A DNA stretch of 63,908 nucleotides, filler included, from Octopus bimaculoides (GCF_001194135.2; 6 parts of 6 records of this genome joined end to end with filler, not necessarily neighbours in it), one strand, 5' to 3'. Shown: positions 1 through 12,075, counted from the first letter of the whole stretch. Made by a program: numbers and translations. The notes: generated by a model from the letters alone, not told the origin.

Positions 1-31
<31 letters not shown>

Positions 32-863
32 TATATGTATGTATGTATGTAAGTATATACATATATATATATATATTATAGGGATAAAGAAATATAGAGA
101 AGCAGAGAGATAGAGATACACACAAACATGTAAATACATGAGTGACCGTCTGTGAATTTGTATTTATTTATGTATTTACTTATGCATGTTTGTATGCCTA
201 CATGGATATACGCGCAATGTAGAAAGGGAACTCATGAGTAATTGATCGACCAAGATCTCCTGTTAACCGTTAAAATCACTATAATTGAAAGTAAAATGTG
301 TGTCCTGAAAGTATCCTCCTCTGTTAATTGTAACATTTTAATCGCACGTTTTGTTTCCCATTTAATGAGGACAATTTGATAACTATGTCCAGAATTCCTT
401 CTCTATCCTTCGAAGTTAAGAAATGGATCATCAGTTTCGAATTTACTCTCTGACTTTAAATAATATATCTGTAATTCACTGTAGTGTAACACGTAAAAAC
501 TTCCTTATTTCTGTTGATGGAAAATTGAACTTGGTTTGGACAGTTGAGGAATGTATCTTTACCTTTTAATAAAGCTTTGAGGCTATTAAAGAAAATACAA
601 AAGTAATTAACTTATGGAGACCTAAAACTCGTTGTTGATTACTTGTAATTTCTTTGACATATCATTAATGATAAAAAGTTAATCAAGCCAAAGACGACAT
701 TGAATACATAGAAGACCAAAATAAGCTTTCTGTTCGATATGTGTATGTTGTTGTCGCTGGTATTAATGATGTGGTAGTTTTTCTTGTTTAACCCCATCAA
801 CTCAAATTGAGAACTACCATGACCAATTCGGGTCTTTTTCTTTATTTTTATATTTTCCTTAAG

Positions 864-912
864 TATACTGCACAGAATATTGCGTTATCCGTTGTGCCCT
901 TCATCTTTTAAG
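864..912 (+). CDS. Candidate internal exon of an unidentified host gene (YCTEYCVIRCALHLL)
   Basis: Long pyrimidine tract ending ttccttaag and donor AG|gtaaat; 49 nt; open in a frame phase-compatible with the exon at 1162. Confidence 0.45.
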
Positions 913-1161
913 GTAAATATGTGTGTTTTGAAGAAAGATGTTTTTCTATTTCTGGCAAGCCGCGCAACTACATAAAAAAAGAACTACCATGCTAGACAGC
1001 ATGTGATTCCACCATTAGTTTGATCGGTGATTCAAGTTGAAACTCTGATTTGGCAATCAGTTCTGGAAAGAAAAGTGTTCCGTCCAATATCATCCTAACA
1101 TTCTATCGAGCATCGCTCATCTCGAATTATATAATTCGATGTGATTAACCGTTTACAATAG

Positions 1162-1218
1162 AGCTCAGATTATTTCTAGAGAGATTTCGCAGCAATTACC
1201 AGCAGATATAACAGCCAG
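1162..1218 (+). CDS. Candidate internal exon (AQIISREISQQLPADITA)
   Basis: Acceptor tttacaatag, donor CCAG|gtaaag; 57 nt, phase 2-2; only one frame is open. Confidence 0.5.
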
Positions 1219-1611
1219 GTAAAGGATTTTTTCTATGCAATCACATGCTAGTTATAGTTGGTTTACAGAATCTTAGAGCATATTTAGTACTTGTCATATA
1301 TTTATGGTATACTGAAATACCAGTTTAACTGCAAGGAGGTTTTCAACTCAGAATGAAATTCAGAAATGAAATGAAATACTGAATTTTATTACATTGTACG
1401 CCGTAACCTATGAGGCAGATTACTACACAAAAAAAGAATAATGATTTCTAGAATATATTTTAAGATATATTGCGAAAAGATCTTCACTGTATGGAGGTAC
1501 TAGAAATATAACACCAAACTTAATTTCAATTAGAGATTCAGTGTCGCATGATTTAATTGTTTATTAGCTATATTAGTACGTTGATCAGTTTTTATTTATC
1601 ACTTTTATAAG

Positions 1612-1710
1612 GAGCTACGAACGATATCGTGACTACAAGAACAATCCTTGCTTGACTCGTCGACATCTTGATTTCTTGTATATAATCCAAAAGCTTGCAG
1701 AATGGTTACA
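1612..1710 (+). CDS. Candidate internal exon (SYERYRDYKNNPCLTRRHLDFLYIIQKLAEWL)
   Basis: Acceptor tttatttatcacttttataag, donor CA|gtatgt; 99 nt, phase 2-2, stop-free, non-repetitive peptide. Confidence 0.55.
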
Positions 1711-1910
1711 GTATGTTGTGGTATTTAGCTACGGCTACTGGCCTTTTGAGTTCAAATCAAACAGGAAGTCACTATTGCCTTTCATAATAACCGGGTCGAT
1801 AAAATAATATTCAACTGAAATAATGGGTAGTATTCTATTCTTATAAAACACCCTACTTAACCGTGAAGACCAAGACAAGTTTGGATATTGGTATTTTTTT
1901 TATTTGCCAG

Positions 1911-1957
1911 TAAAGGGTATATGTGTGATAGCAAATACATTTTAGATTACATATCAC
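1911..1957 (+). CDS. Weak candidate exon (KGYMCDSKYILDYIS)
   Basis: Good acceptor ttttttttatttgccag but weak donor C|gttaat; could instead be terminal with a stop at 1960-1962. Confidence 0.25.
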
Positions 1958-2076
1958 GTTAATTTACGTAGCATTCTGTCTATTTTGGAACTATTCTTGA
2001 TAAGATTAAGATATAAAGGATTATTTTTTTCTAGATTTCCTGTCATAAAAAGTCTATCACTTATGGTTAACTTTAG

Positions 2077-2148
2077 AAATATCACATGAAGCACATGTGT
2101 CACCTATCAAGAAATTGTTTTCCTTTTCAAAGTCAGTCTTTACAACTC
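2077..2148 (+). CDS. Weak candidate exon (ISHEAHVSPIKKLFSFSKSVFTT)
   Basis: Acceptor ctttag, donor C|gtaaat; 72 nt, phase 1-1. Confidence 0.25.
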
Positions 2149-2339
2149 GTAAATATGTCCACTGAGATCTATCGGAGATTGCATCTCTTATTTTCCTTTA
2201 CTCTTTTGACTAACACATCTCTTTCACATGGTCATGTCTGAATCATTTATTTATAACTGCTTCGTAAGATATCTCTTCTTCATTTCCCTTGTCTGCCACT
2301 TGAAATAGTTCTTTTTTCTATTTTATTTTGCTATTTTAG

Positions 2340-2397
2340 TACTGTCCGAAGAGGAAGATTATTTACCTGGATGTCACGAGACTCAGATAATCTCAGA
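2340..2397 (+). CDS. Candidate exon (LSEEEDYLPGCHETQIIS)
   Basis: Long pyrimidine tract ending ctattttag, donor GA|gtatga. Alternatively a terminal exon reading to TGA at 2426-2428. Confidence 0.35.
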
Positions 2398-2851
2398 GTA
2401 TGAAGAAGTAGTTAGAATGAATAAATGACTGAGAAAGTCAATAGAAGTGAAGTGATTAATGTTTGGAAAGACAGTATTTAATGTATGAAAGGTGCTAATT
2501 GTGCAGAAATTGGACAATTTATTTAACTCTTGTGTCCAAAAGTTCGGAAGAAAATCAAATTATTTATTTTGTCTAGACACAAAGAAAGTCACATTTGTTG
2601 ATTTACTAAGTTGTGTTAGTGGACGTATCAATGGGTTAGGTTAATCAGATTGCAATCACGTAGTCCTTCGTTCGATCCTTATATGAAATTGTATTCATGG
2701 AAAAATTGTGAGTCTGTAGCAGCTATACATGTTTATAGATTTTTGTAATCTATCACCCACTACAAAAACATAATCTGATCTTAGAGTTCGTTTGTGGTAA
2801 GTATTTTATGCGCCTTTTCAACAATGTTCTGATTTACCGTTACTCCGCTAG

Positions 2852-2936
2852 GCAGTCTCAAATATACACAATATTTATTCTACCAGAGGATATCACTGCT
2901 CCAGAGATATACGAATGCTGGAGCGAAAAAAGTTGA
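2852..2936 (+). CDS. Candidate exon (QSQIYTIFILPEDITAPEIYECWSEKS*)
   Basis: Acceptor tactccgctag; phase-compatible with the 2397 donor; LPEDITA echoes LPADITA of exon 1162-1218. Confidence 0.3.
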
Positions 2937-5454
2937 AGTCAATCATACCCACAATTGGATCATCCTCAAATGCGATAGGCGATAGCCCAAATAGATTTGG
3001 CCAGGCATATGTTATTTCATGCAGGGGTTTTGCATGTAGATATTAACCAGTCAAAGAAAAAAGAACGCAGGTACATAACATGAGAATTTTCTTCATTATT
3101 CATATCACGTCTTTATATATGGCATAAGTTTTCCGCATAAAATGTTTTGTTGATAAAACAATCATTTATATTTCTTGAGCGTGTTAATGGGGTTGTAGTT
3201 GTCCTACTATGTTGGTCAATTGGCCACGAAAACGCTTCTTCATTAACATGCTATTATAAATGTAAGGATATACGGAAAATATAAGCTGTTTGTAAAAATT
3301 ATGTAACTTTCCTCCTGTTTGGGATTGTTACTTGCTTATAGCGAGTTTTATCACTAGTTCATTGTGTTTTGGTCCTATCAAATTCAGATCCAAAATCACT
3401 GGGTTATTATTCGGAATATATCGACGGTCATTACAACCAAAATACACACACGCGCACAGACACACACGTTGGCACACAGGTACAAATATATATGTATGTA
3501 TAAGTACATATTTATAGACGTGCTTAAATACGCTCCCCGTCTACGAAGTTTAATCTAATGTATTGCACCTATGTAATGCGATGTTTTAACTATATAGCAA
3601 TGGCTCCACCGTATTCATTATTTTGTCAACGCTAAGTGTAACAGAACTGAGGAGAAAGCGATTCAAGTAGAAACTGAATTCTCGTTGACATATATATAGT
3701 TGGTAAGGTCTCACCTGTCACACTACATCACTGATTAGAGTTGAAAGAAATGAGCTTAAATGGTTGCCGACGGAAGGTTATCAGACGTAGGGGGAAATGT
3801 AAGCTTTAAGGAATGCATCAATGATTTATATGCACGTTTTCTAAATCAATAAACCGAACTACCCTTGCTAACAACCTTGAAAGGGATGCTGTAATCACTC
3901 GACCTGCGAGAAACAGCAGTAAATTTTCTTGAAAATTACGGCGTAGTATCTAATAACACAACTGTTTATCACCATGTGTATGATGTTATATTCCAAATTA
4001 TATTACACAGGAAAAACAGAAGACAAGGGGAGAGCACGGCTGTAATATGGTGGGTTATAGGGCTGCTGAATCATAGCTGGCCTGGGTCTAAGCATAAAAG
4101 GTAGTAATCAAACGTAAAACGTTAAAAAACATATTCTACAATTAAAGCAAATACGTACATTGCTGCGATTTTCCTAAAGCAGTAAACGGGTTAAAAGCAT
4201 ATCAATTTATATCATATTTCAATGATTATGTTGCTTGATATCATCTTATTTCCTTCGCAAAAGATTAATGATATTTTAATTGGATGACCTTAATTGGGAA
4301 TGCTAGTTAATTCCTCGATAAAATAAAAATAAAAGAAACACTGATAATTGGACTACAATTTACTATGCTGCTGTTAATTACGCTGAACTATCGAGAAAGT
4401 AAAACACACACCCGATTTTCCCTAATTGCATGCTCAAGAACAGAATAATGGTTTTGAAAATGAGTAAGGGTGATAATTTGACTAGCATAAAAACCAATAT
4501 TTGCGTAAAACCAAAAATGAAAACGAAAGATGTCCGTTTGCTGAACTAAATTTCTTGTAATTTTATCCCTTTAAAGGCTAAGTTTAATTCTTTGTCGGGA
4601 TTAACCTAAATATCTGTTTGCGTAAGTGTTATTAAATTTAAGCACAATCACTACATCTGGTTTGAGAGCAATAGCATTCACGTTACAGACAAAGGAGCGT
4701 CTACACAGACATTCAGTATGCCAGGAATGGTAACGAAATTTTCTTCAAATATTACTCTGCTAATTATGCTCTAAGTAGGGTGATACTAGATACACTAATT
4801 CTGAAAATCAACAACTTCAGGCCTGTATCACTTTTGATTATCAATCAGCTCAGTCGCTTTAGACTTGAGCAGTAAATAATATTCGTAACAACTGAGGTTG
4901 TAGCTTAAGAATGAATATTTATCCGAAACAAATTATGGTGAATCTAGGTGACTGGTTAGATACTTTAGGGTGACCAAGATTCGGTTCTGGAAATTATTAG
5001 TAAACTACCCAGGAAAAGATTAGTTAAACAAATTTAAAAATACATCGCTAAACAGAAGAGTAATTTTATTGAAAGAATAAATAAATCAATGTATAAAACA
5101 TACAAAAAAATATTTATAATATTAACTTTTATCAGACATATTACACAAGAAATTAGGAAAATTATGTCCGAGAAAATTCGCTCCCACAAAATATTGATTC
5201 CAGACGTTATTAATATACTTCTCACGTAAACATTGATTTAACTAGTCAGTATAAATAAAGAAACAAAATAGAATAATAATCTTATCAATAAAAATATAGA
5301 AATTACATTATAAACCAGCAGAAAAATAAGGGTAACTCTTGTTTAAACCATCAATAAATACATATATGATATTTCCTTTTATCAAACGTACTAAACAAAA
5401 TATTAGGAAAATAGGTCTGAGAACATTCTGTCCCTGAAAATTAAACCGAAGAAT

Positions 5455-6419
5455 TTAATGAATAAGGAATTGCCTTTAGAAAAGTTAATTTATCGTTACT
5501 ATCATAAGATTGCACAAGGTTTTTATCCGCGTATTTATTGACTGGTATTTTCTCTTTTTCTGTGGATTATCTCCTCTTTGAGCATGAATTATTTCGTGTA
5601 AGGGATTCTTCTTTTCGAAGAGCATCAATAAGCTTCCAGATGTGTGGGTGCTTGCTTTTTATTGATGTACGGAATGCTGAGCGAAACCGCCCCCGAGAGC
5701 ATTATTTGTCTGAGGCAATTCATGAATTACTCGACTGAAAACATTCCAAAAATTAACTGAATACAAGGGTTCTTCTCGTCTGCCACGTTTTCCTCTCTTT
5801 GGTCCAATGTATGTCAGCTCGAAAAAGTTTATAAAATACATTTCAATTGATTCGTCCTCACAGAGATCTTCATAAATATTAATTATTTCTTCTGGTGGTA
5901 AAAATGCTAATGCGCTGAACATTTTTATTTTAGTGGGAAAGGAACCATCAGTACTATATTGAACTTTATATCCGAGTTGGCATAATTTCTTTTAAACTGT
6001 TGCAACAGAGGAGCACCAAAAGCTTTATTGCGCCAGTTTGTAATAGTTCTCGAAACAATTTGCAACCGTGGCAATTCATATTTCGCATTCTCTCCAATAT
6101 TATTTGTTGTTTCTGAAATGAGCACTCGAGTACTTGTTTCAACTACATCTTGCAATTGTGTTCTTAATGCTGAAATGGCGAATCGTGTTTCCGCTGCATT
6201 CGGTGCTCGTTCGTGATCATGTATATTGATTGTTGAAATAATTATAGGTTCATCTGGTTTATTCATTGTATGAACACGAGCACGACATGTATTGCGAATC
6301 TCACAGAGCCACAGTTTCTTTGTATCACCGGAACTAAGTTTATGAAAATCGTAAACATAATTAAGTTCATCGATCAATTTGTCTTTGTTTTTGTCACTTT
6401 TAAAATATTTTGCAGCCAT
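5455..6419 (-). pseudogene. MULE transposase remnant: N-terminal FLYWCH-like finger joined to C-terminal segment, DDE core missing
   Basis: ORF 5925-6419 has YDFHK...LWLCEIRNTCRARVHT...HDH. ORF 5659-5922 has ALAFLP...FFELTYIG...FWNVFSR...LPQTNNAL. After a frameshift it continues KHPHIWKLIDALRKEE. Confidence 0.85.
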
Positions 6420-6455
6420 ATTTGGGTTTCTTATAATTGGAAATATTTGTTATCC

Positions 6456-6519
6456 TGTGGGTGAAATGACGTGTGGGTGAAATGACGTGTGGGTGAAATG
6501 ACGTGTGGGTGAAATGACG
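6456..6519 (+). repeat. Four perfect 16-bp tandem copies of TGTGGGTGAAATGACG (subterminal repeats of the MULE)
   Basis: Read directly; degenerate further copies to about 6555. Confidence 0.95.
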
Positions 6520-7237
6520 TGTGGGCGAACGGACTCCATGGTGAGCGAAATGACCGGATACCGACTGGAACAATTGTCTGGGACCAAAATTATTAGGACC
6601 GAATTTTCCGAGACCGAAGTTTCCTAGCGCCATACTTTAGAGATTTCGGAATATTTCTTCATTGAAATCTTGCAGCAGTCGATTTTTTATGAACATCACT
6701 GAACTTAGATAGTTCGGATTTCAATCTACTTTCGTATTTGCCTGGTAAAAGCAGTGATGACATAAACAAAGTAAGACACTATTTTCACACGAATATCTGC
6801 TTTCGGATATTTGTTGGATATTCAGTCTGTAGCAAATATTTACACCATGTTTTCAGCCGGAGTATAAGCAAGTAAATATCATCATCTGCTGCATTCTAGT
6901 GGAGCAACATATGAGCTTTGACTATTTTTGTTCCATTTACAAGTCTCGGTGATCCTACCCAAACATGCCCTGTAGGATGAAATTCACTCCCTTTGAGTAA
7001 GTCATTCTTGAAAACAGTTCACAAATTCAATTTGGATTCCGATTTAAACTTGCAAGCAAAATTATATAATCCGATAGTTTATTAATTAAGATATTTCAAT
7101 CTTTATCACACAGCTATTACACTCCACTACAAGAATCTAAAGATAAGGATTAGTCGTTTAAATATACATCGGTACCGGTGAGTTTTAACGATAACATAAA
7201 CAAAAAAATAATTGACAATATTAATCAATTAAGAAAG

Positions 7238-7440
7238 GGACGAATTGGCACGATCGTTACCACACCGAAAAGAAAGGTTAGTGGAATTTCTTCCGAATTC
7301 ACGTTTTCCGAATTCAACAGGGATGATTTGCCTTTCATTTTTTCGGGGTCGATAAAATAAATACCAGCTGAACATTTGGGTTTATGTAATTGATTTATCC
7401 CCTCTACAGAAATTGCTACCTTGTGCAAAAATTTGTAACC
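7238..7440 (+). mobile_element. Degenerate tRNA-derived SINE (window family B)
   Basis: Shares ttgcctttcat...cggggtcgataaaataaataccag with the copies at 17060 and 48371. Confidence 0.6.
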
Positions 7441-8219
7441 AGTCTTAATCGCTTAAGAGTATGATTACAGACGTTAGAGTTATAATTTACATATCTCAAG
7501 ATATTCGTTGCGAGAAATTATCGGATTTGCTATTGTCGCTTATGTACCATTTAAAGAAGGTCCATTATACCGACACATTTATTTGGCGTTAGCGGAGAGG
7601 TTAAAAGCAATGTTGTGTTCGTAAGATTTTGAACTCAGTAGACAGAGGTTGCAAGACATCCCAAATATTTTGGTGCATAAGTATACACATATATACATAG
7701 TCATACATTTATACATATATGCACACATACATACATACATACACACATACATACATTCATGCATACATACATAGATGCCGTACTGTGTAACCGACTTCCA
7801 ACCCATTTAAGGCAATCATGATGAAAATGATGGTGATCACAACGAACATGAATATTAACGACGAACACCACAAACGTTTCCATTGTGTTTCTGCGGTATT
7901 TTATTTCTTAAATTATTTAAAATGATTTATCTGGCTTAACTGCAATCCAGTTAAGCAGAAGATATGGAAAACCATTCATTCTTGTACTTAACGTATCGAT
8001 ATACTCTCATATTGCTAAATTATGCATTTTCAGACAAAAGCGATTTATTTTACCTCAACAACTATCCAAATTCAAGTTTTCGTATACATCTGCATGAACA
8101 CTCCAAAGAGAGAGAAGAGGCAAGATAGAGAGATATAATCGAGCACATTCCAGTGTGAGAAAAGATCAAGAATCTAGCAGATATACACAGAAATATTTCC
8201 AAACGATTTTCTGTGGTGC

Positions 8220-8306
8220 CGATGATGATGACGACGATGATGACGACGACGACGACGACGACGAAGACAACGATGACGATGATGATATTGACGCTGATGA
8301 TGATCG

Positions 8307-8349
<43 letters not shown>

Positions 8350-8392
8350 ATTGACGATGATGATAATGATGATGATGATGTAATTGATGAAG
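8220..8392 (+). repeat. (GAT/GAC)n microsatellite
   Basis: Read directly; explains the poly-Asp, poly-Ser and poly-His ORFs. Confidence 0.95.
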
Positions 8393-8499
8393 ATGCCGAC
8401 ACTTAGAATACGGAAACAATAATAAAATATATTGCAGAAGGGACGAATGACAAAAGTGAAAGAGGAAAATGTATCTGTTTTCATTATTTAACCGTATTA

Positions 8500-8650
8500 A
8501 GATCACGAGCTGGAGTATCGTTGGTGTCAGGACAAAATGTTAAGCGGCATTTTCCGGCTGTACTGTCTGAGTCGCAAATCTGCCGCGGTCAATTTTTGCT
8601 TTTCTGCGTTTCCGGGTCGATAATACAATTTCCTGTTGAGCAATGGGTCA
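8500..8650 (+). mobile_element. Degenerate family B SINE
   Basis: gagctgg...cgtt...aaaatgttaagcggcattt...ctgagt...gggtcgataa motifs. Confidence 0.5.
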
Positions 8651-9109
8651 GCGTAGCTATTCTAACCACGCCTGTCACAAAAATTTACATTATTTAACTC
8701 GATTTGAAACTTAACGGACAGACCTATGATGCAAGGTCTTTCCAGCTATGGAGATTCTAACTGCTGAGGGTTATATAGAACGACTGTATGTAGTGTGTTG
8801 TTTCTGTACTTAAGAAATCGGTGTGATATAAAGGAAAAGTAGCTAGGATAAGTTTCTAGATCTATAAAGATGCACACATTTTGTGCATCCGTGAATTGAT
8901 AACCTCAGTATATTGATGAAACGTTCTTCAAATAGCCAGAGGGAATAAGCTGTAGAGTCGTATCCAATTTTAACTCAGAGAAGGGACGTAAATAACAACG
9001 ACAACGCATTAAGAATGATTCGTATTACTTTCATTGACATATCCTCCTTCCGTTAAACCTCTTGCAACGAGCAAACAGGACCATGTGTGTGTACTAGATG
9101 CTCTTAATG

Positions 9110-9257
9110 GTGCTGCTGCTGCTGCTACTGATGATGTTGATGACGCTTGTGCTAGTGGTGCTGCTCCTGATGTTGGTAGTTGAGGGTGTGATACTACTAC
9201 TACTACTACTACTGCTACTGCTACTGCTGCTGCTGCTGTTAATGATACGTACATTTA

Positions 9258-9321
<64 letters not shown>

Positions 9322-9326
9322 TGTTC
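9110..9326. repeat. Compound CTG/CTA/(TTA)n microsatellite
   Basis: Read directly; the (TTA)n part lies on the 3' side of the Dong-like LINE, across a gap. Confidence 0.9.
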
Positions 9327-9856
9327 NNNNNNNNNNNNNNNNNNNNNNNNNNNNNNNNNNNNNNNNNNNNNNNNNNNNNNNNNNNNNNNNNNNNNNNNNN
9401 NNNNNNNNNNNNNNNNNNNNNNNNNNNNNNNNNNNNNNNNNNNNNNNNNNNNNNNNNNNNNNNNNNNNNNNNNNNNNNNNNNNNNNNNNNNNNNNNNNNN
9501 NNNNNNNNNNNNNNNNNNNNNNNNNNNNNNNNNNNNNNNNNNNNNNNNNNNNNNNNNNNNNNNNNNNNNNNNNNNNNNNNNNNNNNNNNNNNNNNNNNNN
9601 NNNNNNNNNNNNNNNNNNNNNNNNNNNNNNNNNNNNNNNNNNNNNNNNNNNNNNNNNNNNNNNNNNNNNNNNNNNNNNNNNNNNNNNNNNNNNNNNNNNN
9701 NNNNNNNNNNNNNNNNNNNNNNNNNNNNNNNNNNNNNNNNNNNNNNNNNNNNNNNNNNNNNNNNNNNNNNNNNNNNNNNNNNNNNNNNNNNNNNNNNNNN
9801 NNNNNNNNNNNNNNNNNNNNNNNNNNNNNNNNNNNNNNNNNNNNNNNNNNNNNNNN

Positions 9857-11240
9857 CTTCTGATGATCTTTGACAACTATATCTGGTCTATTGGCCTTAA
9901 TTTCTCCATCTGTGTGTATTGGCATATCCCAGAGTATGGTTGCTTTCTCGTTTTCTGTGACCTTTTCTGGCGTGTGTTTATACCATCTTTTTTCTGTTGT
10001 TATTCCATAGTGTTGGCATAGCTTCAGTGTATATAGGTCCCAGCTCTGTCCTGTCTGTGAATATATTCCTTCTTAGCCAGGACTGGGCAGCCAGAGATAA
10101 TAAGATTTTTTGTTTCTTGTCCATCTCCACATATTCTACAGTTACTTGTTATGTTTCTTTTCCTCATATGTTTTTGGTAATTTCTGGTGGGGAGGCTTTG
10201 GACTTGTGCTGCAATTAAACATCCTTTAGTCTCTGCTTTGAGTCCTGAGTTTCTCAACCATTGCTGGGATTTTTCTCTGTCTATTTCTTTTGCATGTAGT
10301 TTAGCCCAGTATTTGCAATGAAGGGGCATTTCTTGCTATCGTTTTATCATGGTCGTTTCTACTCTAGTTTTAGTTTGAATTTCATTTGTTTTATAGCTTT
10401 TGTTTCTTCTTCTTCTTCTTCTTCTTCTTCTTCTTCTTCTTCTTCTTCTTCTTCTTCTTCTTCGTCATATTTGTTAGGTAGTAAGATTTGTATGTGTCAG
10501 CTTCCTTAGATACTGAAAACAGTTTTTTGTTTTGCTCGTATTTTGTGGCTATTTGTATCAGTTTTCCTTGCTTCTGAAGTAGGTATTTTTGCAGTCCTAT
10601 GGTGGTTATTCTGTAATAGTTTTCCAGTTGTATAAAGCCTCTACCATCTTCTGTACGTTGTATATATAGTCTTTCTATAGCAGATTTTGGGTGGTGCATC
10701 CTAGATCTTGTCATTATTTTTCTTGTTTTCCTGTCTATTTTGGTTAGCTCATTTAGTGTCCAGTTAAGGATATTTTAGCTGTAACTTATAACTGGGACGG
10801 CTAAAGTGTTAATGCCTATTATCTTGTTTTTAGCATTGAGCTCTGTTTTCAGTATTCATCTAACTCGTCTATAGTATTCTTTCTTTATTTTTTCTTTCAT
10901 TCGTGTATGCTGTATCCCATCTAGTTCATTGATTCCTAAATATTTGTATGGTTGGCTTTTGTCTAATTCTCTTACTTCATTGGCTTTATCTAATGTGATG
11001 TTGTTATCTTAAGTAGTTTTCCTCTGTTCAGGGTTGCTTTTGGACCTTTTTCTAATCCAAATTTCATTTTTGTTTTCTTTGGTAAATCCATGTACAGTCG
11101 GTAGTAGTGTTTCCAGCTGTTTATCATTTGTAGCGTATAATTTTAGGTCATCCATATATAAAAGGTGGCTGATTGTTTTGCCGTAGCATTTGTATCCGAA
11201 TCCACCTCTATTTAACATGTCAGATAAAGGCGTCAGTGCC
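9857..11240 (-). mobile_element. 5'-truncated R4/Dong-like non-LTR retrotransposon (RT, CCHC finger, restriction-like endonuclease), frameshifted
   Basis: ISHLLYMDDLKLYA (RT); HHPKSAIERLYIQRTEDGRG; CRICGDGQET...SGCPVLAKKEYIHR (zinc knuckle); ANRPDIVVKD (RLE PD motif). Confidence 0.9.
10404..10463 (+). repeat. (TTC)20 microsatellite inside the LINE ORF
   Basis: Read directly. Confidence 0.95.
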
Positions 11241-11245
11241 TATTA

Positions 11246-11321
<76 letters not shown>
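11241..11321 (+). repeat. (ATT)n array abutting the 5' truncation point of the LINE
   Basis: Read directly. Confidence 0.95.
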
Positions 11322-11899
11322 TGAATTCAGCTGTCTGTCGAGTGCATAGTGAAGGTCCCCAATGCACGTTCCCTTAACGGACAAGGAAGGTATATTTTTC
11401 TCTGCTCAGTGACTGTGGCAAAATAAACTGTGTGGTGGGCCCATCTGGAAGGTTTGAAGACTGGCACTTTCCCGTCCGGACAAGCTCACATCAGTTTCTT
11501 CAAACATGATTTGAAGAGGAAGGTGAGAGCAGAGACTGATGTGCTGTCTTCTACTGAGTCTATCAAAAGGTGGTCGCCAGTGGCATGGCTGGTGAGACTG
11601 AATGGAACTATCGTAGATATGTTTTTCAAAGCAGGATGGAAAATCCTGGGAGGGGGACTTTCCAATGGGGATGGCAGAGGAATCAGGGTTTTTTGTATGG
11701 GGTTTACCCCGGCCTATGCTAAGTGGACTGCCCCACTAATGGGGATTCTATTTATTTCTTTAGTATTTTTCCCTCTACTTTTTATTATATATCCTCTGTT
11801 ATATCCTTTAATATGGTAGTTCTCCTCTTGATTGATGTTAACCCCACATGCTTTTGTAAATTTTGATCAATGTTATTATTATATGACTATTAATTTTTA

Positions 11900-11902
11900 C
11901 TA

Positions 11903-11978
<76 letters not shown>

Positions 11979-12022
11979 CATTATTGTTGTTGTTCTTGTT
12001 GTTGTTATTATAGTTTTTGTCG

Positions 12023-12075
<53 letters not shown>

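Larger units (their letters stand above)
4969..6631 (-). mobile_element. Mutator (MULE)/Phantom-type DNA transposon, internally deleted
   Basis: Exact 9-bp TSD ATACTTTAG at 4960-4968 and 6632-6640; degenerate inverted termini (ggtgacc...ttcggttctggaaa versus reverse complement ggcgctagg...ttcggtctcggaaa); FLYWCH and MULE C-terminal coding remnants. Confidence 0.85.

Noticed and set aside
3025-3480. Further downstream exons of the candidate gene
   Set aside because: Several frames are open at once and phases conflict, so no unique choice is supportable.
6456-6555. Direct repeats resembling a CRISPR array
   Set aside because: Head-to-tail 16-mers with no spacers, inside a eukaryotic MULE terminus.
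8155-8406. Poly-Asp acidic protein
   Set aside because: A GAT microsatellite open in several frames, with no convincing exon context.
11234-11245. Shared aggcact at the TAA junctions of the LINE and the 45178 element
   Set aside because: A 7-nt match at an arbitrary truncation point is plausible by chance.
11430-11819. 129-aa ORF as a real protein
   Set aside because: No recognisable domain, starts at GTG, and lies in an island between microsatellites.
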